Shown: positions 1 through 9,107 of the stretch, piece after piece | How the letters are laid out: each line of letters opens with the position of its first letter | Numbering within the stretch: position 1 is the first letter of the stretch | Assembly: GCA_001822835.1 (NCBI GenBank) | Contig: MHSS01000008.1 | Coordinates: 9,039 to 73,038, forward strand | Direction: 5' to 3' | DNA from: Candidatus Terrybacteria bacterium RIFCSPHIGHO2_01_FULL_48_17 | Lineage (GTDB): Bacteria > Patescibacteriota > Minisyncoccia > Terrybacterales > 2-01-FULL-58-14 | DNA: 64,000 nt | The notes under the pieces: generated by a model | Told to the model about the DNA's origin: nothing | Database searches by the model: none | The model's input: the letters and a program-made list of their open reading frames with translations, nothing else | Made by a program: the position numbers and the translations under genes

Positions 1-176
1 TCACCGCCATCGGCCTTTTGATAAACGTTGCCGCGTTTTCGATATTTCAGGGGTTTGCTTCAGAAAATAAATTTTGGGTTGGTATTCTCGCACCTGGTTT
101 TGCGACACTACTGTCCGCAGTATGGGATTTCTTCTCTTATAAACTGATAGTATTTAAGCCAAAACAGGAAGATTAA
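1..176 (+). CDS. GtrA-like small membrane protein, C-terminal part (5' truncated by window)
   Basis: Frame from nt 3 reads TAIGLLINVAAFSIF...FATLLSAVWDFFSYKLIVFKPKQED*, matching the GtrA-type W(N/D)F..YK..VF ending. Confidence 0.6.
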   Translation, partial: TAIGLLINVAAFSIFQGFASENKFWVGILAPGFATLLSAVWDFFSYKLIVFKPKQED

Positions 177-214
177 CCGCCGCGTTTTTGGACATGCCAT
201 TATATACGAGATAG

Positions 215-234
215 CCCGCGCAGCGGGATTTTTT
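215..234 (+). terminator. Possible intrinsic terminator
   Basis: CCCGC-gca-GCGGG hairpin followed by ATTTTTT. Confidence 0.4.
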
Positions 235-275
235 ATTGCTTTTTTGACTTTTTAGCTTTAAAATTCGTAGTATTC

Positions 276-1430
276 ATGGCATTAGTTTTATATCGTAAAT
301 ACCGTCCTAAAAGCTTTAATGAGCTAGTAGGGCAAGAACACATTGTAACCACCCTTACGAATGCCTTGGCGGCCAATCGGGTTGGGCATGCGTATCTTTT
401 TGCGGGACCGCGCGGCACTGGAAAAACGACCGTTGCGCGACTTTTGGCAAAAGCAGTGGTGTGCGAGGAATCAGGGGACAGGGGACAGGGTACGGGGTAC
501 AGGGGACAGGGGGCAGGATTTACCGAAGCATGTAATGTCTGTATCCATTGCGCGGCCATATTAGAAGGAAAGCATCCAGATTTGGTTGAAATTGATGCTG
601 CATCAAACCGCGGCATAGACGAGATCCGGCAGCTTAAAGAAAGCGTAAGGGTGGCACCCATGCAAGCCCGCATGAAAATATATATTATCGATGAGACACA
701 CATGCTCACCGAGCCGGCATTTAATGCATTACTTAAAACAATTGAAGAGCCGCCCGCGCATGCGCTTTTTATTTTGGCGACGACAGAAATTAATAAGGTT
801 CCGGCAACCATTCAGTCGCGCACCCAGCGATTTGATTTCAAAACCATACCATTGCCACAAATTGTTGGGCGGCTTGGGACAATCGTTGCTGCCGAACAGG
901 TCAAGGTTTCTTTAGAGGCGCTCGAACTTATTGCGCAAACGGCTGACGGTTCGATACGCGATGCCGAATCAATGCTTGAGCAGGTACTCGCATTTTCCCA
1001 AGGGGCAATTGGCGCACAAGAAACGATTGCTATTTTGGGGCTTGCCGATACCGCGCTTGTTCAAGCGATTGCAGAAGCACTTTCCAAAAAAGATTCCGGC
1101 AAAGCCATTGCCATTATTAACGACGCGGTTTCGCGCGGGGTCGACGCTCTCCATCTTACTGCGGGGCTTGCGTCGTATCTACGAGATATATTGCTTTTAT
1201 CTATTGATCCGAAACTTAAAGAATTGCTTTTGCGTCGCGCAAGCACAACCTATGTTGATACCGCACAGAAACACGCAAACGCTTTTTTGCCAGAGGAACT
1301 TACTACGATGATTCCTCAAATCATTGATGCGCTTGAATTGGCGAAGCGATCGCCGGTGCCGCAACTGCCGCTTGAGCTTGCGCTTATTACCATAATGCAA
1401 AAACATCCGGTGTCATTTAACGAAAAATAA
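276..1430 (+). CDS. dnaX: DNA polymerase III subunit gamma/tau
   Basis: LYRKYRP start, Walker A GPRGTGKTT, C4 zinc module, EIDAASNRG, IIDETH, NALLKTIEEPP; contains an in-frame repeat-derived insert. Confidence 0.95.
   Translation: MALVLYRKYRPKSFNELVGQEHIVTTLTNALAANRVGHAYLFAGPRGTGKTTVARLLAKAVVCEESGDRGQGTGYRGQGAGFTEACNVCIHCAAILEGKHPDLVEIDAASNRGIDEIRQLKESVRVAPMQARMKIYIIDETHMLTEPAFNALLKTIEEPPAHALFILATTEINKVPATIQSRTQRFDFKTIPLPQIVGRLGTIVAAEQVKVSLEALELIAQTADGSIRDAESMLEQVLAFSQGAIGAQETIAILGLADTALVQAIAEALSKKDSGKAIAIINDAVSRGVDALHLTAGLASYLRDILLLSIDPKLKELLLRRASTTYVDTAQKHANAFLPEELTTMIPQIIDALELAKRSPVPQLPLELALITIMQKHPVSFNEK
473..517 (+). repeat. 6 x 7-nt degenerate tandem repeat in frame within dnaX
   Basis: aggggac aggggac agggtac ggggtac aggggac agggggc agg. 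Confidence 0.9.
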
Positions 1431-1433
1431 CCT

Positions 1434-2300
1434 ATGGAACACAGGGAGGACAAAAGATATTCCATGGATCCGTCGGCTCTTGAGCGTATTCGGCGGGAAA
1501 GTAAGGAAATGATGGATAGCCGTCTGGCAAAAGCCAGTTTCGAGCATCTTTTGGAGGCCGCGCCGAAGGACGAACAAAGGGCCCTCCTTGAGGAAGGGGA
1601 CTTGCATGCGGCATTGCTTGGCGTAAGGCCCGCGGCACGGTTTACGCAAAGCCCTGAAATGGCTGAACGTATTACGAATCGCCTGATGGCAGACGAGATA
1701 TTTGGCAAGAAATTTAGAGTTGCAACGGCGAGAGGTTTTATCTATAATCCCGAAGCCACACAGCAGATTATCGATAAAAACCAAGAGATATTTACAGCCC
1801 TTGGCTACAATCCCAGCGACTACGAGGCACTTTTAGAAAAAGCACTCGCGGATCCTGAAAGCTCTGGCCGCAGGATAGAAGTTGGTCTGTTGGTTGGTCA
1901 CCCAAAACTAGATGTGTTGTGTGAAGCCGCGTTTTTTGATGATCAAGGTTGGAAGAAAGCCCGTAACATCCTAACACCAGATGTTGCCGCACAGATTGAA
2001 GAGGTCGTAGAAAAACGCAAACAGGAAATGGTTGATCCAAAATATGCGGATCTACCCAAAAGTAAAGGCGTGGTTCGAAGACATAATATCCCGGGCGTAC
2101 ATAGAGTAGATATACGCAATACAGGATGGAATGAGTGGGAGGAATCGTTGGAGGGAACGCGCCTTAAAAACCGTATCGCAAATACGTATGAAAATTCAGG
2201 TTTTGACGATCTTATTACTCGTTGGCGCAGACGCTATCCGGATTTATTTCCGAAAGAAGAGCCGCCGGAATGGTTAAAGAAAACAACAAAAGCAAAATGA
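1434..2300 (+). CDS. Hypothetical protein, possibly distant DUF3793-like
   Basis: 288-aa ORF tightly coupled to dnaX; ALLGVRPA and IEVGLLVGHP resemble DUF3793 motifs (G.KPA, EIG.FLGYP). Confidence 0.6.
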   Translation: MEHREDKRYSMDPSALERIRRESKEMMDSRLAKASFEHLLEAAPKDEQRALLEEGDLHAALLGVRPAARFTQSPEMAERITNRLMADEIFGKKFRVATARGFIYNPEATQQIIDKNQEIFTALGYNPSDYEALLEKALADPESSGRRIEVGLLVGHPKLDVLCEAAFFDDQGWKKARNILTPDVAAQIEEVVEKRKQEMVDPKYADLPKSKGVVRRHNIPGVHRVDIRNTGWNEWEESLEGTRLKNRIANTYENSGFDDLITRWRRRYPDLFPKEEPPEWLKKTTKAK

Positions 2301-2707
2301 AATCTTGGCTTTTTCCTCTTACAATCGCAGTGATTTTATGGGGTATTGCAGCGTTTCTTCGCAAGAAGGCGGTTTTTTTCTTGCCCCCTCAAAGTGCATT
2401 AACCTTTGAAATTTTTGGAGGGGTGCTTATGGTTATTATCATCCTTGCGCTTACGGGCGGGCAGCTCGTGCGTGAGCCGCGCGGTGCGTTCTTTGGTGTG
2501 CTCACCGGCCTTCTTGCGGTAGGCGGTACGTTTTTTATCTTTCGTGCCTTAAAAGAGGGCCCGGTGTCAATTATCACGTCTTTCACCGCGCTTGCTATAG
2601 TGATTACCGTAGTTCTTGGCGTAACAGTGCTTCACGAAAAACTGCTGCCGCATCATATTGCCGGAATCGCCATGGGTATTGCCGCCGCCATTCTGTTGAG
2701 TTTTTAG
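2297..2707 (+). CDS. EamA/DMT family transporter (single repeat)
   Basis: About 5 TM segments, ALKEGPVSII...LGVTVLHEKL pattern; ATGA overlap with upstream gene. Confidence 0.8.
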   Translation: MKSWLFPLTIAVILWGIAAFLRKKAVFFLPPQSALTFEIFGGVLMVIIILALTGGQLVREPRGAFFGVLTGLLAVGGTFFIFRALKEGPVSIITSFTALAIVITVVLGVTVLHEKLLPHHIAGIAMGIAAAILLSF

Positions 2708-2740
2708 AAATTAGAGATTGAAGAGTAGGAATTAGGAATT
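2704..2740 (+). repeat. Degenerate 7-nt tandem repeat on EamA stop codon
   Basis: ttagaaa ttagaga ttgaaga gtaggaa ttaggaa. Confidence 0.6.
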
Positions 2741-2744
2741 ATAT

Positions 2745-2815
2745 TGCGGGGTCGTCTAACGGTAGGACAGGGGCCTTTGAAGCCCTCAATGAAGGTTCGA
2801 CTCCTTCCCCCGCAG
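2745..2815 (+). tRNA. tRNA-Gln(UUG)
   Basis: TGCGGGG/CCCCGCA acceptor stem, anticodon TTG at 2777-2779, GGTTCGACTCC T-arm; CCA not encoded. Confidence 0.95.
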
Positions 2816-2819
2816 TACG

Positions 2820-2943
2820 AAATTTTCCCGCGAGCACAGCCAAGTCCCGAGCTTGCCGAGGGGCGAGTGGTTGAAAATTTCAGTATCCCGAGCGACCGGA
2901 GGGAGTCCCGAGCATCGCGAGGGAGAGAGAAATGACGAGGGAC
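2820..2943 (+). repeat. Nested REP-like hairpin cluster (tandem GA/GA type)
   Basis: cccGAgcttgccGAggg inside ccgcGAgc...gcGAgtgg; tcccGAgcatcgcGAggga inside tcccGAgcgac...gacGAggga. Confidence 0.7.
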
Positions 2944-2949
2944 TACAAT

Positions 2950-3210
2950 ATGTGGTACGTCTATATTCTTGAATGTAACGACGGAAGTTTTTATACAGGT
3001 ACTACGGATAATATCCAACGAAGGTTTTTGGAACACAGGACCGGGCAAGGAGGAAAATACACACGGTCAAAAGGGGGCGCGAAGAGGTTGGTCTACACGG
3101 AAAAACATCAAACACGCAAAAGCGCTATGCAACGCGAAGCCGAGATAAAATCGTGGCGCAGAAAGAAAAAACTCAATCTAATCAAATTCAGTAATCCTAT
3201 TTTAAAATAA
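2950..3210 (+). CDS. GIY-YIG nuclease family protein (small, UPF0213-like)
   Basis: WYVYILEC.DGSFYTGTT....RRF.EH..G.GGKYT...RE..IK. Confidence 0.9.
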   Translation: MWYVYILECNDGSFYTGTTDNIQRRFLEHRTGQGGKYTRSKGGAKRLVYTEKHQTRKSAMQREAEIKSWRRKKKLNLIKFSNPILK

Positions 3211-3335
3211 CCAGACGGGTTAACAAATCGTGTCCGAGATGCGTCGGGGTACTAAAATAAGAACACCCCAGGAATCCTTACGGGGCACTGCGGAGAAATC
3301 TCGGAGACCAAGCCGGCCAGCCGCAATAACTCAGC

Positions 3336-3554
3336 ATGCAAAACGACTACGACAATCCCAATCCGCCCACGCGAGATCAGATAAAAATTGGCGAAGCCGT
3401 ATGGATCATCGAAAAAGAACATTACGGAACGGATAATTTTAAGCAAGGGTTTGTGCAGCAAATTCTCACCTCTAAAGCAAGCCATCCGCGCGGCATTAAG
3501 GTACGTTTGACCGACGGCTCCGTTGGCCGCGTCCAATGGATTATGACATCGTAG
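3336..3554 (+). CDS. YwbE family protein
   Basis: G.VQQILTSKASHPRGIKVRL.DG.VGRVQ. Confidence 0.85.
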   Translation: MQNDYDNPNPPTRDQIKIGEAVWIIEKEHYGTDNFKQGFVQQILTSKASHPRGIKVRLTDGSVGRVQWIMTS

Positions 3555-3563
3555 GGCATCTGG

Positions 3564-3929
3564 ATGCACAACGGCATTATGATACGAACTACTTTTATTC
3601 TTTTGCTTACCTTGCTGAATTGGGGCATTATACTTAGCGCGCTTTCATTGGTGCGCGACATGCCCCGACCGCTCTTCGTGTTTTTTCATTATGGCCTCAA
3701 TATTATAGTATTTGGGTTGGTGTTTGGCCTCTTTTATAAATATATAGGGTCCCCTAATCCTTTCACCACAACGATAACTGCCATGGCGGGACTGTTTTTG
3801 TACGAATTCGTGTTTTGGAAATTTGTGTATTCGGGAGATCCCATGCAATACCTCACGTTTATTGATTGGATTGTTCCTGCCTTTCTTATCGCAAGTACTA
3901 TTTATCTAGTTGGAATATACCTTAGTTGA
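3564..3929 (+). CDS. Hypothetical membrane protein (about 4 TM)
   Basis: Hydrophobic 121-aa ORF in operon-like context. Confidence 0.65.
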   Translation: MHNGIMIRTTFILLLTLLNWGIILSALSLVRDMPRPLFVFFHYGLNIIVFGLVFGLFYKYIGSPNPFTTTITAMAGLFLYEFVFWKFVYSGDPMQYLTFIDWIVPAFLIASTIYLVGIYLS

Positions 3930-3938
3930 TCAAACGGC

Positions 3939-4265
3939 ATGGCAAAAATCGTTTGGGTATTAGTGAACTGCAATAACAAAAAAGAGGCGCAATATATTGG
4001 TATGGCGGCATTGAAGGCACGAATGTGTTCCTGTTTTGATATTATGCCGCGTCTTCAAGCATCATACTTTTGGCCGCCCAGGAAAAATAAAATCGAGCAT
4101 ACCAAAGGAGTAATGCTTATTTTAGAAACCGTAAAAAACAACGTATCGTTACTCCGAAATCTTATTAAAAAAGTCCACAGTGATACGCTTCCTTTTTTAG
4201 GCGTTCTTGAAATCGATGTTGAACAATCGTATGCTACGTGGGTTCGCAATGAAATAAGATCGTGA
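3939..4265 (+). CDS. cutA: Divalent-cation tolerance protein CutA family
   Basis: V.VNC....EA..I....L..R.C.C, SYFW, IKKVHSDTLP, Y..WV. Confidence 0.75.
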   Translation: MAKIVWVLVNCNNKKEAQYIGMAALKARMCSCFDIMPRLQASYFWPPRKNKIEHTKGVMLILETVKNNVSLLRNLIKKVHSDTLPFLGVLEIDVEQSYATWVRNEIRS

Positions 4266-4267
4266 CC

Positions 4268-4975
4268 ATGAAACAATTTTTCTGGAAAAACAAAACAGTG
4301 CTTGCAGTAAACGCACACCCAGATGATTTACATTTTATGGCAGGCGCAACGCTTGCGAAGGCCTCGCAAGAGGGCGCGCGTGTGTATTGCGCGGTGTTTA
4401 CAAACGGAAACAAAGGCAATGCGGGGAATCGAAAATTGCGCTCATCACAGTTGGTAACAGTCAGAAGAAAAGAGCAGTTGCGTGCCGCAAAAGTTCTTGG
4501 TGTTGCTAAAGTATTTTTCTTTGGATACCCCGATTGTGAATTGACCCCGACTATGACGGCAAAAAAGAAACTGGTGCGGCTTATCCGTCGCCTGAAGCCG
4601 GACACAGTGATAGGCCTTGACCCTTCTCGTTATTACTCGCCCCTGCAGAACATGGTGCATCATGCCGATCATCGGGCAGCGGGCGAAATTACTCTGGATG
4701 CTTGTTATCCTTTATGCCGAGATCGTTTGTGTATGCCGGATGCAGGGCCGCCCCATAATATCCCTTATGTATTTTTGGTGACGCTCGACGACGCAAATTA
4801 TTTTGAGAATATTACCAAGACGTTAGATACAAAAATACAGGCACTTTCCGCACACAAAAGCCAAATCGCTGATATGCAACAGATGCCACGATTTGTAAGG
4901 CGATGGGCGGCACAGTGTGGGAAAAAATCAAAAAAATACCGTTTCGCCGAATCATTCCGACGTATCTCGTTTTGA
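4268..4975 (+). CDS. PIG-L/LmbE family deacetylase
   Basis: AHPDD, TNG.KG, R.KE, HADH, ALSAHKSQ motifs. Confidence 0.9.
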   Translation: MKQFFWKNKTVLAVNAHPDDLHFMAGATLAKASQEGARVYCAVFTNGNKGNAGNRKLRSSQLVTVRRKEQLRAAKVLGVAKVFFFGYPDCELTPTMTAKKKLVRLIRRLKPDTVIGLDPSRYYSPLQNMVHHADHRAAGEITLDACYPLCRDRLCMPDAGPPHNIPYVFLVTLDDANYFENITKTLDTKIQALSAHKSQIADMQQMPRFVRRWAAQCGKKSKKYRFAESFRRISF

Positions 4976-5093
4976 TGGATCCGCACTATAAAGCGATACC
5001 TCATCTTGTTGCGCACAGTCCTTGATTTTATTGCCCCGCGGTACACGACGGGGCTTGCGCTCTATAAGGACAAGGAATATCCTAAGAGCACGC

Positions 5094-5828
5094 ATGCTTT
5101 TACTCAAAAACCTCAATATCACCGTACAAGAAAAAGAGATCGTACACGATATCTCATTGGAAATTCATCCAAAAGAACTTCATGTTCTTATGGGCCCCAA
5201 CGGGTCAGGGAAATCGTCCCTTGCGATGGCGCTTGCTGGGCATCCTCATTATCAAATAACAGGGGGCTTAGCATCCTTTCTGGGAAAAGATATTTCCCGC
5301 CTATCTGCGGATGAGCGGGCTCGACTTGGCCTCTTTACTCTTTTTCAGAAACCGCCACCGATCCCAGGAATTCCGGTTGCTTCTTTTATCCAAACGGCTT
5401 TACAGGCACGAAGTACCAAAAAAATTGCACCCCGTACCACCCGTTCTGTCGTGGCTTCTGCCTCTCAACGATTTGGGCTTCCCGGCACCATGGGGGATCG
5501 TGAGCTTTTTGTTGGGTTTTCAGGAGGAGAAACAAAACGCATGGAACTTGCAATACTTTCCGTTTTGGGGGCAAAGATCGCAATTTTGGATGAACCGGAT
5601 TCGGGGCTTGATATTGACGGTATGAAGCTTATTGCAGATGAGATAGTAAAATATTTGCAAGAGGGCTTGGGTATACTTTTTATTACCCATAATCCTCGAA
5701 TGCTGGAATACATTTTACCGAATCGCGTACATGTGATGATACAAGGAGCTTTCGCGCAAAGCGGTGATATCGCGCTTGCGCGCGACATCGAACACAAGGG
5801 CTTTGCCCCTTTTATGCCGCGCGTTTAA
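5094..5828 (+). CDS. sufC: Fe-S cluster assembly ATPase SufC
   Basis: [32 protein letters not shown]; precedes sufB. Confidence 0.92.
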   Translation: MLLLKNLNITVQEKEIVHDISLEIHPKELHVLMGPNGSGKSSLAMALAGHPHYQITGGLASFLGKDISRLSADERARLGLFTLFQKPPPIPGIPVASFIQTALQARSTKKIAPRTTRSVVASASQRFGLPGTMGDRELFVGFSGGETKRMELAILSVLGAKIAILDEPDSGLDIDGMKLIADEIVKYLQEGLGILFITHNPRMLEYILPNRVHVMIQGAFAQSGDIALARDIEHKGFAPFMPRV

Positions 5829-5853
5829 CTCGGTAATTATTCTCGTCATTATT

Positions 5854-7242
5854 ATGTCTTTCACGCCTCCCACATATCAATATGGGTTTTGGGTGAAAGA
5901 CCGTCCTTATTTTCGTTCTCCACATGGTCTTACAAAAAAAGCGGTTGAAGAATTATCTTTTCAAAAAAACGAACCTGAATGGATGCTCAAAAAACGTCTT
6001 GAGGCATTTGATATCTTTTTTAAAAAAGACATGCCTGAATGGGGCGCCGATCTTTCCGGAATCAGATTTCAAGATATTATATCCTATTTAAAGCCAACGG
6101 CAGAACAATCAAAGCGATGGGAAGACGTTCCGGAAGGTATTAAGTATACCTTTGATCGTCTTGGCATTCCCGAAGCTGAACGAAAATTTCTTGCAGGAGT
6201 TTCTGCACAATTTGATTCCGAGGTTGTATACCATAAGATAAAAAAGAAGTTGGAGCAACAAGGGGTTATCTTTTGCGATACCGACTCGGCCATACGCAAC
6301 TATCCCGAGTTTTTCCAAGAATATTTTGGGAAATTAATTCCCGCAGCCGACAATAAATTTGCCGCACTCAATACGGCCTTCTGGTCCGGAGGATCGTTTG
6401 TATATATTCCGCAGGGGATTCATGTTGATATTCCGTTACAGGCCTATTTCCGCATTAACGCCCGCAATATGGGGCAGTTTGAACGAACGCTTATTATCGC
6501 AGAGCCAGGGTCGTCGGTACATTATATTGAAGGATGCACGGCACCCGTTTACTCCCAAGATGCCTTGCACGCTGCCGTAGTGGAAATTGTTGTGAAAAAG
6601 AATGCCCGCGTGCAATATACTACCATTCAAAATTGGTCTAACGATGTGTACAATCTTGTAACCAAACGTGCTTTTGTAGAGGAAGAAGGAGAAATGTTGT
6701 GGATTGACGGGAATTTAGGAAGCAAGGTAACCATGAAATACCCTTCGGTATTTTTGAAGGGCCAAAAAGCCCGGGGAGAAATACTTTCGCTTGCCGTTGC
6801 GGGTCGCGCCCAGCACCAAGACGCAGGAGGTAAGGCCATACATATAGCCCCCGAAACCTCTTCGCTTATTACTTCAAAATCTGTAAGCCATACCGGAGGC
6901 AGAACCTCGTATCGCGGGCTTGTTCGTGTTACGCCAAATGCAAAACGAGCCCGCTCACATGTACAATGCGATGCGCTTATCCTCGATAAAGATTCTCGAT
7001 CGGATACGTATCCTACGACCCAAACGAATGAAGCATCGGCGCGGCTCTCGCATGAAGCGACCGTTACTAAGCTTTCGGATGAACAGCTTTTCTATCTTAA
7101 AGCCCGTGGTTTAAAAGAAGCCGATGCCCGTTCTATGATTGTGAATGGCTTTTTGGAGCCGGTCGTAAAAACATTACCACTGGAATATGCAATTGAATTA
7201 AACCGTCTCATTGAACTTCAAATGGAAGGGGCGGTGGGGTGA
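5854..7242 (+). CDS. sufB: Fe-S cluster assembly protein SufB
   Basis: [55 protein letters not shown]. Confidence 0.95.
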   Translation: MSFTPPTYQYGFWVKDRPYFRSPHGLTKKAVEELSFQKNEPEWMLKKRLEAFDIFFKKDMPEWGADLSGIRFQDIISYLKPTAEQSKRWEDVPEGIKYTFDRLGIPEAERKFLAGVSAQFDSEVVYHKIKKKLEQQGVIFCDTDSAIRNYPEFFQEYFGKLIPAADNKFAALNTAFWSGGSFVYIPQGIHVDIPLQAYFRINARNMGQFERTLIIAEPGSSVHYIEGCTAPVYSQDALHAAVVEIVVKKNARVQYTTIQNWSNDVYNLVTKRAFVEEEGEMLWIDGNLGSKVTMKYPSVFLKGQKARGEILSLAVAGRAQHQDAGGKAIHIAPETSSLITSKSVSHTGGRTSYRGLVRVTPNAKRARSHVQCDALILDKDSRSDTYPTTQTNEASARLSHEATVTKLSDEQLFYLKARGLKEADARSMIVNGFLEPVVKTLPLEYAIELNRLIELQMEGAVG

Positions 7243-7766
7243 GTTATATGGAGATAGTTATTCGCAGACCACAAACACAAAAATTAAAATATCAATGGAG
7301 AGGAAGGAAAGCGCACAATATAATAATTCGACTGGTGGCGGCAAAGGCCGGCGTTGAGCTTTCGGGAACCTTTATTGCCAAAAAAAATGATTCGTTACCC
7401 ATTTCCATATCTATTCACCACGAAGCACCCGAAACCAAAAGCCGGATTTTTGTGCGTGGAATAGCGCAAGACCGTAGCGTAGTTTCTTTCCGGGCAAATG
7501 CTCGGCTGAAAAAAGGTGCAAGAAAAGCGGATGCGGCCATTAACGCAAAAGCACTTTTGTTATCTCAAAATGCGCGTTGCGAACTGCAGCCGGATCTGGA
7601 AATTGACGAACAAGAAGTACGCGCAACCCATACAACCTTTGTGGGTCCGCTAGATGAAGAAGAAATTTTTTATTTACAGAGCAGAGGAGTGTCCGAAGAA
7701 AAAGCTAAGGAACTTTTGATCAAAGGGTTTCTCAACATAGCGCAGCACGTTAAGCAAGTTAAGTAA
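7239..7766 (+). CDS. sufD: SufD-like protein (short, C-terminal beta-helix only)
   Basis: ALLLS..A.C.L.P.LEIDE.EV.ATH...[15 protein letters not shown]. Confidence 0.8.
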   Translation: MSYMEIVIRRPQTQKLKYQWRGRKAHNIIIRLVAAKAGVELSGTFIAKKNDSLPISISIHHEAPETKSRIFVRGIAQDRSVVSFRANARLKKGARKADAAINAKALLLSQNARCELQPDLEIDEQEVRATHTTFVGPLDEEEIFYLQSRGVSEEKAKELLIKGFLNIAQHVKQVK

Positions 7767-7820
7767 ATTAGGCGAGTTAAGCTTTACTCGCTTAACTCGC
7801 TGTAACTCGCTTAACTTGCT
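7749..7820. repeat. Inverted array of degenerate 9-nt repeats across the sufD stop
   Basis: gttaagcaa gttaagtaa attaggcga gttaagc then tttactcgc ttaactcgc tgtaactcgc ttaacttgc. Confidence 0.75.
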
Positions 7821-7836
7821 TTATAAGCTCAAAGCC

Positions 7837-9081
7837 ATGTTTGATGTTTCAAAAATCAGAGAGGATTTCCCGATTCTAAAACGCTTAGTCCATGGCAAAC
7901 CATTGGCCTATCTTGACACTGCCGCTTCTGCACAAAAACCAAAACAAGTTATTGAAGCGCAAAGGGAATTTGAAGAAAATTCGTATGCAAATGTACACCG
8001 CGGAATCCATACGCTTTCGGAAAACGCAACAGCTCTTTTTGAAAAAGCTCGAAACACTATTGCTGATTTTCTGGGCAGCAACGATTCTGGAGAAATTGTT
8101 TTTGTACGCAATGCCACTGAAGGGATAAATCTTATTGCGTATTCTTGGGGAGAATCGAATATAGCCGCTGGGGATGAAATTTTAGTAACGCGCATGGAGC
8201 ATCATGCAAATTTTGTACCATGGCTAAGAATAACTCAAAAACAAAATGCCAAACTAGTGATTGCGGAACTCACATCGTCTGGAGAACTCGATCTTGAGGA
8301 TTTTTCCAGAAAACTCTCAAAAAAAACAAGAGTTATTGCCATAACCCTTATGTCCAATGTGTTGGGTACGATCAACCCAATTGAAAATATTGTTGAAATG
8401 GTTAAACGCAACTATGCCACAAATCTCGACTCTTTTCCTCTAATCGTAATTGATGCCGCTCAAGCCGTTCCACATTTCAAAGTCAATGTAAAAACTCTTG
8501 AATGCGACGCTCTTGTTTTCTCCGGCCATAAACTGTATGGCCCTACGGGAATAGGAGTGTTGTGGATGAAAAAGAAGTTGCTAGATGACATGCCCCCATT
8601 TCTTGTGGGCGGACAAATGATACGGACTGTCTACAACGATCGGGTGGAATATAATGATGTTCCCTGGAAATTTGAGGCGGGAACACCGGATATCACGGGC
8701 GCAATAGGATTGGCTACTGCGATACAATATTTAAAAACTCTTGGTATCGATGCGATTTTTGAACACGAAAAGGGAATAACTGCATATGCTTTAGAAAAAA
8801 TGAGGTCGCTCAAGGACCTAACGCTTTTTGGACCACCAAATCCCGAAAAGCGCGGAGGACTTCTCTCGTTTGTACACAAGACCTTGCATGCGCATGATAT
8901 TGCAAGCTTGCTTGACGAAGAAGGAATCGCTATTCGTGCCGGCCATCATTGCACCATGCCTCTTCATGCCAAATTAGAAGTTGCCGCTACTGCTCGCGCA
9001 AGTTTTGGTATCTATACTACCAAAGAAGAGGTGGAAATTTTTTATAACGTCCTTAAACATATCATCAAACGTTTCGCGTAG
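7837..9081 (+). CDS. sufS: Cysteine desulfurase SufS
   Basis: YLDTAASAQKP, MEHHANFVPW, FSGHKLYGPTGIG, RAGHHC. Confidence 0.95.
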   Translation: MFDVSKIREDFPILKRLVHGKPLAYLDTAASAQKPKQVIEAQREFEENSYANVHRGIHTLSENATALFEKARNTIADFLGSNDSGEIVFVRNATEGINLIAYSWGESNIAAGDEILVTRMEHHANFVPWLRITQKQNAKLVIAELTSSGELDLEDFSRKLSKKTRVIAITLMSNVLGTINPIENIVEMVKRNYATNLDSFPLIVIDAAQAVPHFKVNVKTLECDALVFSGHKLYGPTGIGVLWMKKKLLDDMPPFLVGGQMIRTVYNDRVEYNDVPWKFEAGTPDITGAIGLATAIQYLKTLGIDAIFEHEKGITAYALEKMRSLKDLTLFGPPNPEKRGGLLSFVHKTLHAHDIASLLDEEGIAIRAGHHCTMPLHAKLEVAATARASFGIYTTKEEVEIFYNVLKHIIKRFA

Positions 9082-9107
9082 ATAAGAATGTTATTTACCA
9101 ATCTCGT

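Noticed and set aside
233-811. Long antisense ORFs (e.g. 233-811, 9775-10434, 58933-59499)
   Set aside because: They are shadows of well-supported genes on the opposite strand.
1400-1440. Programmed frameshift or readthrough joining dnaX to the next ORF
   Set aside because: No A-AAA-AAG slippery site. The stop is TAA, and the downstream ORF has its own ATG and does not resemble tau domains IV-V.
2744-2935. 63-aa ORF
   Set aside because: It coincides with tRNA-Gln and the hairpin cluster.
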